Made by a program: the position numbers and the translations under genes. 64,000 bases of DNA, from NCBI RefSeq assembly GCF_006345805.1, contig NC_043009.1, positions 43,834,001 through 43,898,000 of the forward strand. The letters are read 5' to 3'. The stretch is from Octopus sinensis. Taxonomy: Eukaryota. This document shows, in pieces, positions 13,095 to 26,945 of the stretch (position 1 is the first letter of the stretch; each line of letters begins with the position of its first letter). The notes beneath the pieces are model-generated. The model had not been told where the DNA came from, did no database searches, and was given only the letters and a program-made list of their open reading frames with translations.

Positions 13095-13425
13095 GTAGAA
13101 TAATAAAGAGAAAGTTCTTGGTACAGTATTATATACATTTGAAAGAATGAGTAAAGATGGCTTTTTTTAGAGGGATAATTTTTATTTTAATCTTAATAAT
13201 AGTATTTACAATGAGTTTCAAGCTTTCAAGTAGCCGTTTCAAAATGGCTACTTGAAAGCTTGAAATTCATATCAGAGTACCCCATTGTAAATACTATTAT
13301 TAAGATTAAAATAAAAATTATCCTCCTCAAAAAAACCCATCTCTACTCATTCTTTCAAATGTGTATATATATATATATGTGTATTATATATATATATATT
13401 ATATATATATATATATATAATATAT

Positions 13426-13471
<46 letters not shown>

Positions 13472-14018
13472 ATATATTCATGTACACACATGCACACTGA
13501 GAAGTGAACTAACCTCAGCTCACTTAACCCAACGGCCATCTTAAAGTGATTGTGGTGTGACACAAAGATTTCAAGTTTGATTCAGCGTCAACTATTTCCT
13601 GTTTCCACAATGTCACGTGTCCTGATGAGACCCCAGTGGCGTCACCTTCAACTCGACCATTTTCTTTAAGGGGTCGGAAGCATTTCGCGATGACTGCTCC
13701 CTTTAATTCGTTCCGCTTCATAACCGTCACTTTTCATACGTTACTATTTCTTACTGAATTTTTGTTTTATTGTTCTTATTATTTTGAGGACTGTCAGTAT
13801 AAAGTCATATACCTCTCACGGTCTCTCTCTCCCTCTTTCACACACACACACATACACATAAACACACACACTCACACTCACAGGCACACAGACATATATA
13901 CGGGAGCTATTAATTACAAATTGTTCAAATATAAATATGCATGCCTGGGTGTGCAGGGCTATGTTAATGTATGTAGGTATATATATATATATATATATAT
14001 GTTATATATATATATAAC

Positions 14019-14049
<31 letters not shown>

Positions 14050-14242
14050 CATATGTATGTAATATATTAATATATATATAATATATTATATATATAAGTT
14101 CAGTAAAAATTTAGATTTAAATGAATATATATATATACGCACACACATATGTATGTATGTATATGTATATGCATTCATACACACACACACACACACACAC
14201 ATAATATATATATATATATATATATCTATATATATATATAGA

Positions 14243-14306
<64 letters not shown>

Positions 14307-14437
14307 TATGTATAATATATATATATATATATGACATATATAATTAAATCAGACATATATATATATATGTGTGTGTGTATGCATGTGTATGTGTGTAGTG
14401 TAAGGATGATAGATGTATTTATATATATATATACATA

Positions 14438-14490
<53 letters not shown>

Positions 14491-14558
14491 TTGTGTGTGT
14501 ATCACGGTAATGTGTATGTATTTGTATATATATATATATATATATATGATATGTATGT

Positions 14559-14965
14559 GGCGCAGGAGTGGGTGTAGGTAAGTAGTTGCATACCAACCAC
14601 ATGGTTCCGGGTTCAGTCCCACTGCGCGGCACCTGGGCAAGTGTCTTCTACTATAGCTTCGGGCCGACCAAAGCCTTGTGAGTGGATTTGGTAGACGGAA
14701 ACTGAAAGAAGCCCGTCGTATATATGTATCTGTGTGTGTGTGTTTGTGTGTCTGTGTTTGTCCCCCCAAAATCGATTGACAACCGATGCTGGTGTGTTTC
14801 CGTCTCCGTAACTTAGCGGTTCGGCAAAAGAGACCGATAGAATAAGTACTAGGCTTACAAAGAATAAGTCCTGGGGTCGATTTACTCGACTAAAGGCGGT
14901 GCTCCAGCTTGGCCGCAGTCAAATGACTGAAACAAATAAAAGAAAAAAAGAATAAAAGAATAAGA
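14559..14965 (+). mobile_element. SINE A, full length
   Basis: GGCGCAGGAGTGG..TGGTTCCGGGTTCAGTCCC head, CORE-like segment, internal (TA)(TG) tract, A-rich tail. Confidence 0.9.
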
Positions 14966-15125
14966 ATGTATGTGTGCATGTGTGTGAATGTACATATGTA
15001 TGTGATTGTGCATAATGTATTATTTATTTTCTTGTGATCAACATTGCTATGTGTTCCTTAGAATACAACCATGTATGTGCATGAAAATTGTCAATTGCAT
15101 ATACTAGTTAATGTGTGTGTGTATT

Positions 15126-15190
<65 letters not shown>

Positions 15191-15226
15191 GATGATGTAT
15201 ATATTGTGTAGATTATATATGTGTGT

Positions 15227-15280
<54 letters not shown>

Positions 15281-15321
15281 CATAAGCAGAAGTGCACGTG
15301 TGCACATTCGGGTCACTAGGA

Positions 15322-15421
15322 NNNNNNNNNNNNNNNNNNNNNNNNNNNNNNNNNNNNNNNNNNNNNNNNNNNNNNNNNNNNNNNNNNNNNNNNNNNNNNN
15401 NNNNNNNNNNNNNNNNNNNNN
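15322..15421. other. Assembly gap (100 N)
   Basis: Run of exactly 100 N. Confidence 1.
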
Positions 15422-15883
15422 CCCACCATCACCAATACCACCATCAATACCACCTCTAGCAGCTCCACCGTAGACACACCCCCAAGAACCAGTACCAAGA
15501 AATGTGAAATATCTGGAGAATTCTTTAGGAATAATTAGTTGCACGTGGTGTAAGAATGAAGCAATGGGGGTGGAGAGGAGGAAGAGGGTGACTAGAGAGA
15601 GAGAGGGGGGGGGGAAGGCGTCTGTCAGAGAAGAAGAAAAAGAAGACGATGATGCAGAGGGAGATGGTAAGGAAAGACAACAAATAGTTTTTAGTGTATT
15701 TCTTACAATAAAGTATGCATAACTAGAATAGAGCGGAGGGCAAGAGAGGGCTTTGGCATGCATGCGCAAAAACATACACACATACATGCACGTAAGAAAA
15801 TGCGCACACCATGCAAACATATATACATGCATACGTACATACATGCATACAAACATACATACATATTATATATATATATATAT

Positions 15884-15918
<35 letters not shown>

Positions 15919-16792
15919 CATGCACGTACATGCAAACTCACAAACTCACAAACTCACAAACACATACACGCATATATAAACACATACATGAACTTAAGTA
16001 GTTAACAATATATATATATACACACGTTCACAAATATATGCGTAAAAAAAACATGTATAGACACACAGAAATATGCAAGCGTTTACAAGGTTAAACATGA
16101 TACGCGAAGTGGTACAGATGTATACGCCTACGCATATACGCACACATATAAACATATCTACAAGATTGTATATATATATATGCATGCACGCGCATAAATG
16201 TGTGTGCATCGTGGGTTTTTATGTACATGCATATATATATATATATATTATATATATATATATATATATAAGTATATACACATATGCTTGCATATATTGT
16301 ATGTATGTACGTAGGTACGTCTATATGCATACATACGTATGTATATGCACGCACGCACGCACATCACACACACACAGCTCAAAACATGGCTCACAGCGGG
16401 ATTTAAGGAGAATTTTCTTAGTTACATGTTACTAAAAAAAAATTATAAATGCCTGCATCACGAACCAATAGAAAACCTATTGAGTCGATGTCATGCGTGG
16501 TCTGTCAGTTTACTGAAGAAGACCTAGCAATAATCTAAGCGCCTAGTCTTTAGACAATCAGTATATTACTGTATTGTGTTGCTAGTACTGTTCACCAACA
16601 AATGGGAGTAAATGAGATCGATAAAATGATCGAAAAACATCGGACACTTGGATAATATCAGTTGATGTAAAGGGAATAATGGATTCACGTCTCACTCGCA
16701 ATGGCTTTATAAGAGATTATCTAAGCTCAGAAGAAACTGCTAAGGTGAGACAAACACTCACAGAGAAATTAATCGCTATTAATCACTCTAAT

Positions 16793-17110
16793 TCTTTTTG
16801 GCGCCTTTTTTCAGGCCTAGCCGGGCTCATGGGCCCGGTTTCCCGGTTTCTATGGCGTATGTGTCCCCCCCCCCCACCAGCTGGACGGGACGCCAGTCCA
16901 TCGTAGCGTTACTCAAGAAACAGGAAGAAAGAGTGAGAGAAAGTTGAGGCGAAAGAGTACAACAGGGGTCGCCACCACCCCCTGCCGGAGCCTCGTGGAG
17001 CTTTTAGGTGTTTTCGCTCAATAAACGCGCACAACGCCCGGTCTGGGAATTGAAACCGCGATCCTCCGACCGCGAGTCCGCTGCTCTTCACCGGGCCATT
17101 GTGCCTCCTC
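16793..17110 (-). mobile_element. SINE B, full length, tail type 2
   Basis: Head/core matches 18084-18230, but the tail (..GGACTGGCGTCCCGTCCAGC..GGCGCC) is unrelated to tail type 1. Flanked by a 13-bp direct repeat. Confidence 0.85.
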
Positions 17111-17123
17111 AATCACTCTAATA

Positions 17124-17566
17124 CTGATTTCAAATTTTGGTACAAGGGTAGTAGTTTCCGGGCAGGGGCAAGATGCTTACATCAACTCCAACACTCAACT
17201 GGTACTTATTTTATGATCCCGGATGGATAAAAAGCAAAGTGGACCTCAGAGGAATTTGAACTCTTTAATCACTCTAATATTTATTTCTTTACTACCCACA
17301 AGGGGCTAAACGTGGAGGGGACAAACAAGGACAGACAAAGCTAATCACTCTAATATTGGTTTGAAATTCTGGCACAAGGTTAGAAATTTCGGGGAAATAA
17401 GTCGATTACGTCAACTCCAGTGTTCAGTTTGTGCTTATTTTATCGACTCCGGAAGGATGAAAGGCAAAGTCGACCCGGGCGGAATTTGAACTCAGAACGT
17501 AAGGACTCACGAAATGTCGCTAAGCATTTTGCCCTGCGTGCTAACGTTTCTACCAGCTCGCCGCCT
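17124..17566 (-). mobile_element. Three stacked SINE C pieces (17124-17265, 17280-17341, 17356-17566)
   Basis: Reverse complements carry GAGTTCAAATTCC..GTCGACTTTGCCTTTCATCC (MetaSINE-like core) or a family C tail. Each piece is bounded by AATCACTCTAAT. Confidence 0.85.
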
Positions 17567-17675
17567 TAGTCACTCTAACACTAATTCGGAAGCTTTGTTA
17601 CAGTTGGAAATAATTTCCAAGAACGCAAGACAACTACAAACGGATATTTTGCATTAAAACCACGATTGTATATAG

Positions 17676-17990
17676 CAGGATTTCTCAACCATTTTTTATC
17701 TATGGAACCCTTTGATTACTATTTTATTCTGATGGAACCCCCATTGCCATTAAATGTTTAATAAGGTAGTTTTATAGAAACTTTTTTCAAGATTCCTATT
17801 TGTTTTTTACACATTAACTTGTGTAGGTTAAACTATGTAAAATGTTAGAGAAAGAAACCTAGCTGTTTCTTGCAATACATACCAATATATACATCTAAAG
17901 CAATTTTTTTTCAGGGTCCTTTACAATAGTATTGTGGATCCCCAGTTTACTATTTTGTTGCGTGGACCCCAAAAATCTTATATTGAAGCG
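17676..17990 (+). mobile_element. hAT/Charlie-like non-autonomous DNA transposon fragment
   Basis: Starts CAGGATTTCTCAACC, resembling the Charlie-type CAGGGGTTCTCAAC terminus, with internal GGA(A/T/C)CCC motifs. No second TIR seen. Confidence 0.4.
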
Positions 17991-18083
17991 GCGGTGAAAA
18001 CTGCGGATATTTTGCATCGACAAGGTTCGACTACAATACAAAAATTCTATTTTGCATTAATATCTTAGACAATAGGAAACTAT

Positions 18084-18358
18084 GTGGAGGCGCAATGGCC
18101 TAGTGGTTAGGGCAGCAGACTCGCGGTCGCAGGATCGCGGTTTCGATTCCCAGACCGGGCGTTTATTGAGCGAAAACACCTAGGCTCCGGCAGGGGGTGG
18201 TGATCCCTGCTGTACTCTTTCACCACTCTTTCTTCTGTTGGCCTGCTCGCTTAGCCAGCGGGGTGGCGTCATTCGAAGGCTAAAACAATGCGAACGCATT
18301 GTGACCAGCGATGTGTAACAACATCTGATGGTCTGGTCGGTCACGTGATCACGTGATA
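18084..18358 (+). mobile_element. SINE B, full length, tail type 1
   Basis: GTGGAGGCGCAATGGCCTAGTGGTTAG head; collinear with 1267-1560. Confidence 0.9.
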
Positions 18359-18842
18359 TATATATATATATATTCATACGTACACATATATCTGTATCTT
18401 TGTATAACTGTTGTTATCATACGGACGAATAAGGTATTGATATCATAGAGGAAAATAATAATCTATTTCGGCTGATCCAGCGGAATATTATTACCCTGCA
18501 GTAGCTCTGACATGCTACCACCTCCTCAGATAGGAGAGCTTAGAGCAATTATCTTTTCCCTGTCTGAAAAACCAGTTACACATTCGGAGAAACTGTAGAG
18601 TAATAGACCAAGGGATGAGTCGGAATGATACATACTTATATACTAATGCATGCATGCATGCATGCATGTATGTATGTATGTATGTATGTATGTATGTATG
18701 TATGTATGTATGTATGTATGTATGCATGCATGCATGCATGCATGCATGCATGCATGTATGTATGTATGTATGTATGTATGTATGTATGTATGCATCTATG
18801 TATGTATGTATGTATGTATGTATGTATGTATGTATGTTACAT

Positions 18843-19062
18843 GAATGTGTCTTGTGACCGCGTGTGTATCGTTGGCGATTGTTTTCCTCCGTCTTCCCTT
18901 CCTTGAATCTTTCCTTTTCCTATGTTTCTGACGAAGAGCTCCGCTCGAAACGTTAAATCCTCCTTTTTTCTTTCCTTTCCTGAGCGTCCAATAACACTAT
19001 ACTTGTTCCACGTCCTCGCGTTGTTGTGTTTTCTCTTTGTGTTTTCATGTTTGGATTAAATT
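18843..19062 (+). mobile_element. Hammerhead-bearing repeat, family H1, with intact core at 18924-18958
   Basis: GTTT-CTGACGA-A-GAGC-TCC-GCTC-GAAACGTT-AAAT. Homologous copies at 8356-8508 and 30205-30395. Flanked by microsatellites. Confidence 0.8.
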
Positions 19063-19725
19063 TTATATATATATATATATTTATATATATATGTGTGGAA
19101 ATTGACCTTTAGGAATATGAATAAAGTATAAATAAATAGTTATGATTGGTTGCACAAATGTAAGATTAAACAAGATATAAATGTAAGCAAGTATTTACAA
19201 TATTTTGTTTTTTCATATAATTAGGTTTAGATATTAAAAATAGTTTGTTTTATTTCGTATCCTGTAGGAGATTGAAATACTATAATATCATTTGAAACAT
19301 AGCTTTGATGTTATCGTAATGATTGTATTAACGTGTATTAGTTTCCACTTTACTAAACCTTAAAACAATACCATATCTAATAATATATACATGCATGTAT
19401 GTGTCTACATACACACACACACACAGATACATACGTTCATCCATACATACGTGCATACATATATATGCATACACACACATATGAATGTTAGATGATTGTG
19501 TGTGTGTGTGTGTGTATGTATGTCCTTGGTGTAGTTTTATTAAAAACATCGAGGCAAATTGTATTACAGACAGTGGGCGTTGGCGAGAGGTCACTTCCTG
19601 TTTGGAGAAACATATGGAAAGAAAATGTACAGCTGTAAAAAAGAATCAATATATATATATATATATATATACATACCTACATACTTCTACATACACATAT
19701 GCATACATACATGCATACATATATG

Positions 19726-19788
<63 letters not shown>

Positions 19789-19812
19789 GTATATATATAT
19801 GTATATATATGT

Positions 19813-19873
<61 letters not shown>

Positions 19874-19886
19874 ATATTATATATAT

Positions 19887-19930
<44 letters not shown>

Positions 19931-20714
19931 CGCCGTGAAATGCGCTGACGAGTAATTAGGTGTACGTGCTACAAGTTTCATTCAATAGTAAGACTATTTT
20001 ATACCAAATATATTTATCAGACTATTAAGAGCGTTTATACGGTGTTGGTGTGTAAAATAAGGTCTCACATAAGTTTCTTGTACCAATATGCAAATTAGTC
20101 CACTGTTTTTTTTATTTATTTCAATTGAATGAAGAATGTATTTTCTAACAAGCTGTTAGATGCGCTTTCTTGATTTCACTGATGACTTCGAAAATTTCGC
20201 ATAGTTGCAATAATATCCTGTTTTAATCATACTTCAACATGAAGAAATTCTACATTTTCGTGTGATATGTCATCATTACTTATTGCTCTATTTCTTATAT
20301 GCACCAACAATTATTTGAATCCTGTATCATACGTGATCTCATATCTAAGGCGGTGTGGGCAAAATGCTTAGTGACATTTCTTCTGTTCCGGCTCTGTACT
20401 TTTTGAATCTAAATCCAACCGAAACCCACTTTCTCTTTTATTCTTTCAGTGTCGATAAAATTAAGTAGCAATCAAGTACTGGGGTTGATGTAATTGATTT
20501 GGTCCTTCCCTCAAAACTCTTTACCGTGTGTCAACATTAGAAAAAATATTAGTTGAAAGCTTGAAAAGTTTCTCATATTCCCAAAACGTAATTATTTGGC
20601 ACAATTCTCTATTGTTCTGTACTGAAGCTTCTTGTTACTACGCATGTTTTTATCAAATGTCTCCATCTTGAATAATCTTACCTCATTATTCTTTTTCTAA
20701 TATTTTTCAATCAG

Positions 20715-21128
20715 GGCGGTGAGCTGGCAGAAACGTTAACACTCCGGGCGAAATGCGTAGCCGTATTTCGTCTGCCGCTACGTTCTGAGTTCAAATTCCG
20801 CCGAGGTCAAATTTGCCTGCCATCCTTTCGGGGTCGATTAAATAAGTACAAGTTACGCACTGGGGTCGATATAATCGACTTAATCCGTTTGTCTGTCCCT
20901 GTTCGTCCCCTCTGTGTTTAACCCATTGTGAGTAGTCAAGAAATAGGAATTTCGTCTGCCGGTATTTCTGAGTTCAAATTCCGCCGAGGTCGACTATGCC
21001 TTTCATCCTTTCGGTGTCGATTAAATAAGTACCCGTTATGCACTGAGATCCAATGTAATCGACTTAATCCCTTTGTCTGTCCTTGTTTGTCCCCTCTATG
21101 TTTATCTCCCTATAAGCAATAAAGAAAT
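20715..21128 (+). mobile_element. SINE C head-to-tail dimer
   Basis: Full copy GGCGGTGAGCTGGCAG.. followed by a second unit starting at ATTTCGTCTG (about 20949). Confidence 0.9.
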
Positions 21129-22546
21129 AAATATCCTTTCACATAATAAGATCACTGACAGTATTGCCGTTTCATCTATCATTATTAGAGTTGAATTTTT
21201 CTTAGTTTCAGAATCTTCTGAGGAAATTTGCATGAAGGATATCGATGTTTTAAGGAAGGATTCCATTTCGTACTGTCCTGCCGTTCTTCCCCCAAATCAA
21301 TCGCAATGCCAGTTGTATAAAAATGTATATTTATACAACATACGCTGCAATAATCAGCAATGGTGTTGTACGGTTATGTTTTGCTTGACCTTCATGGGCG
21401 AAATGCAGCTAAGAATTTTGTCCGAGGTGCTAACGATTCTGCCAGCTCGCTGTATTGACGACAGCAACAATAATAATAAATATTATTATTATATCCGATG
21501 ATTATATAGATATAAAAAAAGTGTCTTCGCAGTTTTTAGTTGGTATATCGCCACAGCAGTCTCCGAGTTGCGTTCAGGTAAAAATTCCATTAAAATAATT
21601 ATTCCCCACACATTTCCTAATCAGAAAAAACTAGAACGATGATTTAATCGGTGGTGGCAGATCGAATTTGTCAACAACCGATTGCATGTTTGGTATCAGC
21701 ATTAGGTTCTTCACACACAAGAATACAATGGAATAGAGACCAACAATAGCAAGGGGAAATAACTCGGAAACAATAGTTATAGAATACTATGAAGAAGAAT
21801 AATTTAAAAGATACAACAATACAAAATGGAACAGCAATAATAATTTTGTGAGTGCGTATGTGTGTGTATTTATATATATGTATACACCTCCCCACTCTCT
21901 CCACACGCACACACATACACACAGATACACACACGTATGTAGAGACATAAGCTTTTAATGGAATACATTAATTCGATACCACAGGTTTCGTGCGAATATA
22001 TTCGCAGATATTCAATCGGAGCTTTAATAATGGGTGACAACTCCACCATATGTATACATACATATAAGCATACAAATACATACATACATACATACATACA
22101 TACATACATACATACATACATACATACATACATACATACATACATACATACATACATACATACATACGTACATACATACATACATACATACATACATACA
22201 TACATACATACATACATACATGTGTGTGTGTGTATAAATGATACGGAAATTATAAGAATATACAATTTCAGATTTCTAGAAAAATCTATGTAAAAGCAAA
22301 TTAAGCATGAATGGAAGGATAGAAGAGAAGGGGAACAGGAGCGGAATGAGTTGTGCAAAATTGCCAAGGGATTCGCCATTATTAATGGCGTGGGGGAGAC
22401 ATGGCTGCCGTCAATAAATTTAGCTATGGACAACAAAGCGAATAAAAATCATATCAAGATGAAATTGTTGCTATTACACGCTATTTCACACACAAACACT
22501 CTCCCCTTCTCTCTCTGTCATCCCTTATTTGATACACACATATATG

Positions 22547-22578
<32 letters not shown>

Positions 22579-22597
22579 CGTGTGTGAATGTGTAGTA

Positions 22598-22676
<79 letters not shown>

Positions 22677-23222
22677 GAATGTATGTATATATATATATAT
22701 GTATATATATGTATATATATATATGTATGTATATAAATTTATATATATTATATATATTTACGTATGTGGTGCATGTGAATATACGTGTGTACATGTATAT
22801 GTTTATATACATATTTATATATGTGTGTGAGTGTGTGTGTGTATGTGTGTGTGTAAGTGTGAGCTTATTTAGGTTAGGTACAAAGAATATTGTTTGCATA
22901 TATAAAACGTATTAGTATGCAAATATGCTTATATGTGTGTGCATGCATATGCATGTCTATATATGTCAACATATATGCATATGTATGTACGTATATACGT
23001 GTGTATATATACATACATATATATTTATATACGTCATATTAATTATGCCATGAATGCATTGTGGAGCTAAGCAGGTAATGCTCTGTAAAATATGCATTAT
23101 GTATTCACAAAGTAAATACCATTACAAATTATACATTTGCATAAAACACATATTTACGATTATTTATTTCATGTACATATATACATACACGTATATATAT
23201 ATATACATACATACATACATAC

Positions 23223-23258
<36 letters not shown>

Positions 23259-23310
23259 TAAATGTGAATTTAATATATATACATGTGTGTATCCTTATGT
23301 ATATATTTAT

Positions 23311-23385
<75 letters not shown>

Positions 23386-23861
23386 CAAATATGTGTGTGG
23401 TTGCATCTGTGTGTGTGTATACACATATATACATTGTGGGATATTATTTTGTCACCGTTCTGCTTCTTTCTGCACATCGCCCATTATTAATGTTCTTTAC
23501 AATATATGTTTATTTTATTAATATTCTGTTTATCACTACAATGACCGTTGCGGTCATTGTTCAAAACGGTGTATGCTTCTGGTGAACGGAGGCAAAGCAA
23601 CGACCGCCATTTTTGATCGATTCACTTAGATTAACTGTGTTACCTCTGAATAGGAAACTCAATGGTTGATAAATTGATGGGCAGATAAATACACCCAGAT
23701 AGACAGTGTAGCAGGTAGATAAATAGTCGTGCATGTATAGGTAGGTATCTAGTGAAAACGACTGATGGGTAAATAAATACGTGTATGTGTAGGTACCCAG
23801 TTTTAATGATGCCTAGATAAATATATGTCTAGGTAGCTACTTAGATAAATATAACTTGCAC

Positions 23862-24167
23862 TGTGTCGGTTACGACGACGAGGGTTCCAGTTGATCCGAT
23901 CAATGGAACAGCCTGCTCATGAATTTTAGGTGCAAGTGACTGAGTACTCCACAGACATCCGTACCCTTACCATAGTTCTCAAGGAGATCCAACATGACAC
24001 AGAATGTGACAAGGCTGGGCCTTTGAAATACATGTACTACTCTGTTTTGCCAGCTGAGTCCACCGTAGTGAAATAAAGTGTCTTGCTCAAGGACAGAACG
24101 CGCGCCAGGAATCGAAGTCACGACCGTATGATCGTGAGCCGATACACTAACCATTAAGCCACGCGCC
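23862..24167 (-). mobile_element. tRNA-derived SINE, family D
   Basis: The reverse complement aligns with 32177-32490 (CCTTGAGCAAGACACTTTATTTCAC core). Confidence 0.85.
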
Positions 24168-25199
24168 TTTATCCAACCTAGAAGTATTGATGGGTTGATA
24201 AATATATGTATGGATAGATATCCAGATACATGTATTTGGTACCTTGGGCAAGTGTCCTCTACCTATTAATACTTTGTCGGACCTATTAATACTTTGTCAG
24301 TGAATTTGGTAGGCGAAAGTTCCGTCGTGCGTAAATGTGTGTGTGTGTGTGTGTGCGTGTGAAAGTTGTTGCGCCTCCTTTGATGAGTAAAGAAATACAT
24401 GTATAACTAGATATCCAGATAAATGGAATGAGGGACAAATAAATCTATAAACAAGTACTCTACCCCTCCACTAGATAACGGCGTAGATGCGAGATAGATA
24501 GATTGATAGATAGACAGATAAATAGGTAGCTAAATAGATTGACTAACAAATAGACAGACAGATGGGTAGACGGATAGACAGATAGGTAGATATATTCGAT
24601 AGATATATTAGACAGACAGAGAGATAGATAGAAAGATAGATGTATTAGACAGATAGACAAATAGATAGATAGGCTTGTGTATTTAGAATCGAGATCGATA
24701 GGAGGCTGAGACTTGGCTGAATCGTTAGTGCAGTGATAAGAATATCTTGCAGAATTTGTTCCGATAAACAGCGGTCTGAGTTCAGATCACACTGTGGTGA
24801 AATTTGCCTTTCATCCTTTCAAGGCCGATACAAAAACAACAAAAACAGCAGTAGCAACAAACGAAGAAGCCTGTAAGTGGTCGCTTGGCATGCTAGAAAT
24901 AACAATCGAAGCCCTTTAAAACTACATTCTACTGTCTAAAGCAAAATGTCGTTGGATAATGTAGTCCTGTGTGATTATATTACTGAGAAAAAAAGATATG
25001 GCTTGAATGTCCTTTAATCAAGGTCTGTGGTTAAACAATAACAACGAAGAAGCCACAACAAACCTCAATAGCAACAGTCACAACGGCAACAGCAGCAGCA
25101 ACGATGACAACAACAGCAACAACAACAACAACAACAACAAACAGAACGATGACGACGACAACATCCGCAACCATCACGGCCATATTGTTGCACATACTT

Positions 25200-25590
25200 A
25201 AGGCGACGTGCTGGTAGAATCGTTAGCATGCCGGGCGAAATGCTTACCAGTATTTCGTCTGTTTTTATGTTCTGAGTTCAAATTCTGCCGAGGTCAACTT
25301 TGCTTTTCATCCTTTCGGAGGTCGATAAAATAAGTACTAGTTACGCACAGGGGTCGATGTAATCGACTTAATCGCTTTGTCTGTCCGTGTTTGTCCCCTC
25401 TATGTTTAGCCCCTTGTGGGCAATAAAGAAATAAGTGTTTCGTCAGTCTTTACGTTCTGAGTTCAAATTCCGCCGAGGTCGACTTTGTCGTTTATCTTAA
25501 CTAACAGTTGCGTACTGGGGTTGATCTAATTGACTGGCCACCTCCTCCAAAATTTCGGGCCTTGTGCCTAGCGTAGAAAAGAATATTGTT
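25200..25590 (+). mobile_element. SINE C dimer; second unit carries a different tail
   Basis: Junction AAAGAAATAAG-TGTTTCGTCAG at about 25435. The second unit ends GGCCTTGTGCCTAGCGTAGAAAAG. Confidence 0.85.
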
Positions 25591-25934
25591 GTACATACAT
25601 ACATCTGTGTGTGTGTATATATATATGTCACCACTACTATCACAAAAACAACAACAACAACAACAACAGCGACAACTACAATATGAACAACAATTATAAA
25701 GACAACAACTATATCCACAACCATTAGCAGCAGTAGCAGCAGCAGCCGTTCAAGAATTTGGACCTGGAGATCTCCATTTCCAGCGACTTCGAGGGCCACC
25801 TCCCAGTGGTGTCGGGTGTCAACGAAGGGCCCTCGACTACAACAAGACGACGAAAGTTTTTTTTTCCAAGTTCTGCGGTCTCCCGCCCCTAAGCTTAGAC
25901 CATCACCTAATCACCCTTACCCGTCTTGTTGCTT

Positions 25935-25965
<31 letters not shown>

Positions 25966-26534
25966 ACAACAACAACAACAACACAGCAACAACAACAACA
26001 ACAACAACACCACCACCATCAACACCAATGGCAATTGCCTCAACAATAGCAGCAACAACGACGAAGACTACAAATACAACAACACTAACCACAGCGGGTA
26101 ACATAATGACCTATAATGACTGTATCAGATGTATGCTAGCTTTTATATCTTAATACTTTTGCGATACGTTGAATATATTTAAGCTAATCACTAAATCTCA
26201 TTTAGATGGAAATCTTAATGACGGCGATTTGTTGCACTGTTTATCTTAAAAGACTTATTGCTTATCGCCAAAATAAATTAAACGTTACTGCAGTTGTATC
26301 GAAAGGCGAATGGGGCTTGTGAGTAATAGTTCTTCGAAAGCGGTTTCTATTCCTGGTTGTAACCGTTTTCATTAATGTTACTTGTGGCTTTTCAAGAAGT
26401 TTTGGCCTTGTGTATTGTTGTAATTCAGAGTATTGTAAACTGTGGCGTCGTACAGAACTCATCAAGTGTGCTGTTACAGTGCAGCGGCAATATTGTTATA
26501 CTTACATACATATCTCTTTCTCTCTCTCTTCCTC

Positions 26535-26580
<46 letters not shown>

Positions 26581-26637
26581 ATATATATTATATATATATA
26601 TATATTAACATATACATATATATATACAAATACATAC

Positions 26638-26682
<45 letters not shown>

Positions 26683-26720
26683 TATATATATATATACACC
26701 TATGCATATAATATATATAT

Positions 26721-26769
<49 letters not shown>

Positions 26770-26770
<1 letters not shown>

Positions 26771-26945
26771 GGTGTGTTTACATCTCCGTAACTTAACGTT
26801 TCGGCAAAATACTTCGATAGAATAAGTAGCAGTCTTTAAAAAAAGAAAAGAAAGTATTGGGTTCGATTTATTCGACTAAACATTCTTGAAGGTGATGCTC
26901 CAGTATGACCGCAGGCTAATGACAGAAACAAGTAAAAGATGAAAC
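26770..26945 (+). mobile_element. SINE A 3' half (diverged)
   Basis: Matches the family A tail to ..GACAGAAACAAGTAAAAG. Confidence 0.65.

Noticed and set aside
13621-13645. CTGATGAG resembling a hammerhead 5' core
   Set aside because: No stem II closure and no downstream GAAA.
15104-15856. 250-aa minus-strand ORF
   Set aside because: It spans the N gap and microsatellites; artefactual.
17641-18017. 14-bp direct repeat CGGATATTTTGCAT around the hAT-like fragment
   Set aside because: Not adjacent to the element ends and the wrong length for a hAT TSD (8 bp); significance unclear.
20168-20190. CTGATGA-CTTC-GAAA
   Set aside because: Only 4 nt between the core halves, so no stem II is possible.
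24259-24300. 21-bp tandem duplication ACCTATTAATACTTTGTC
   Set aside because: Ordinary slippage inside a decayed SINE A fragment.
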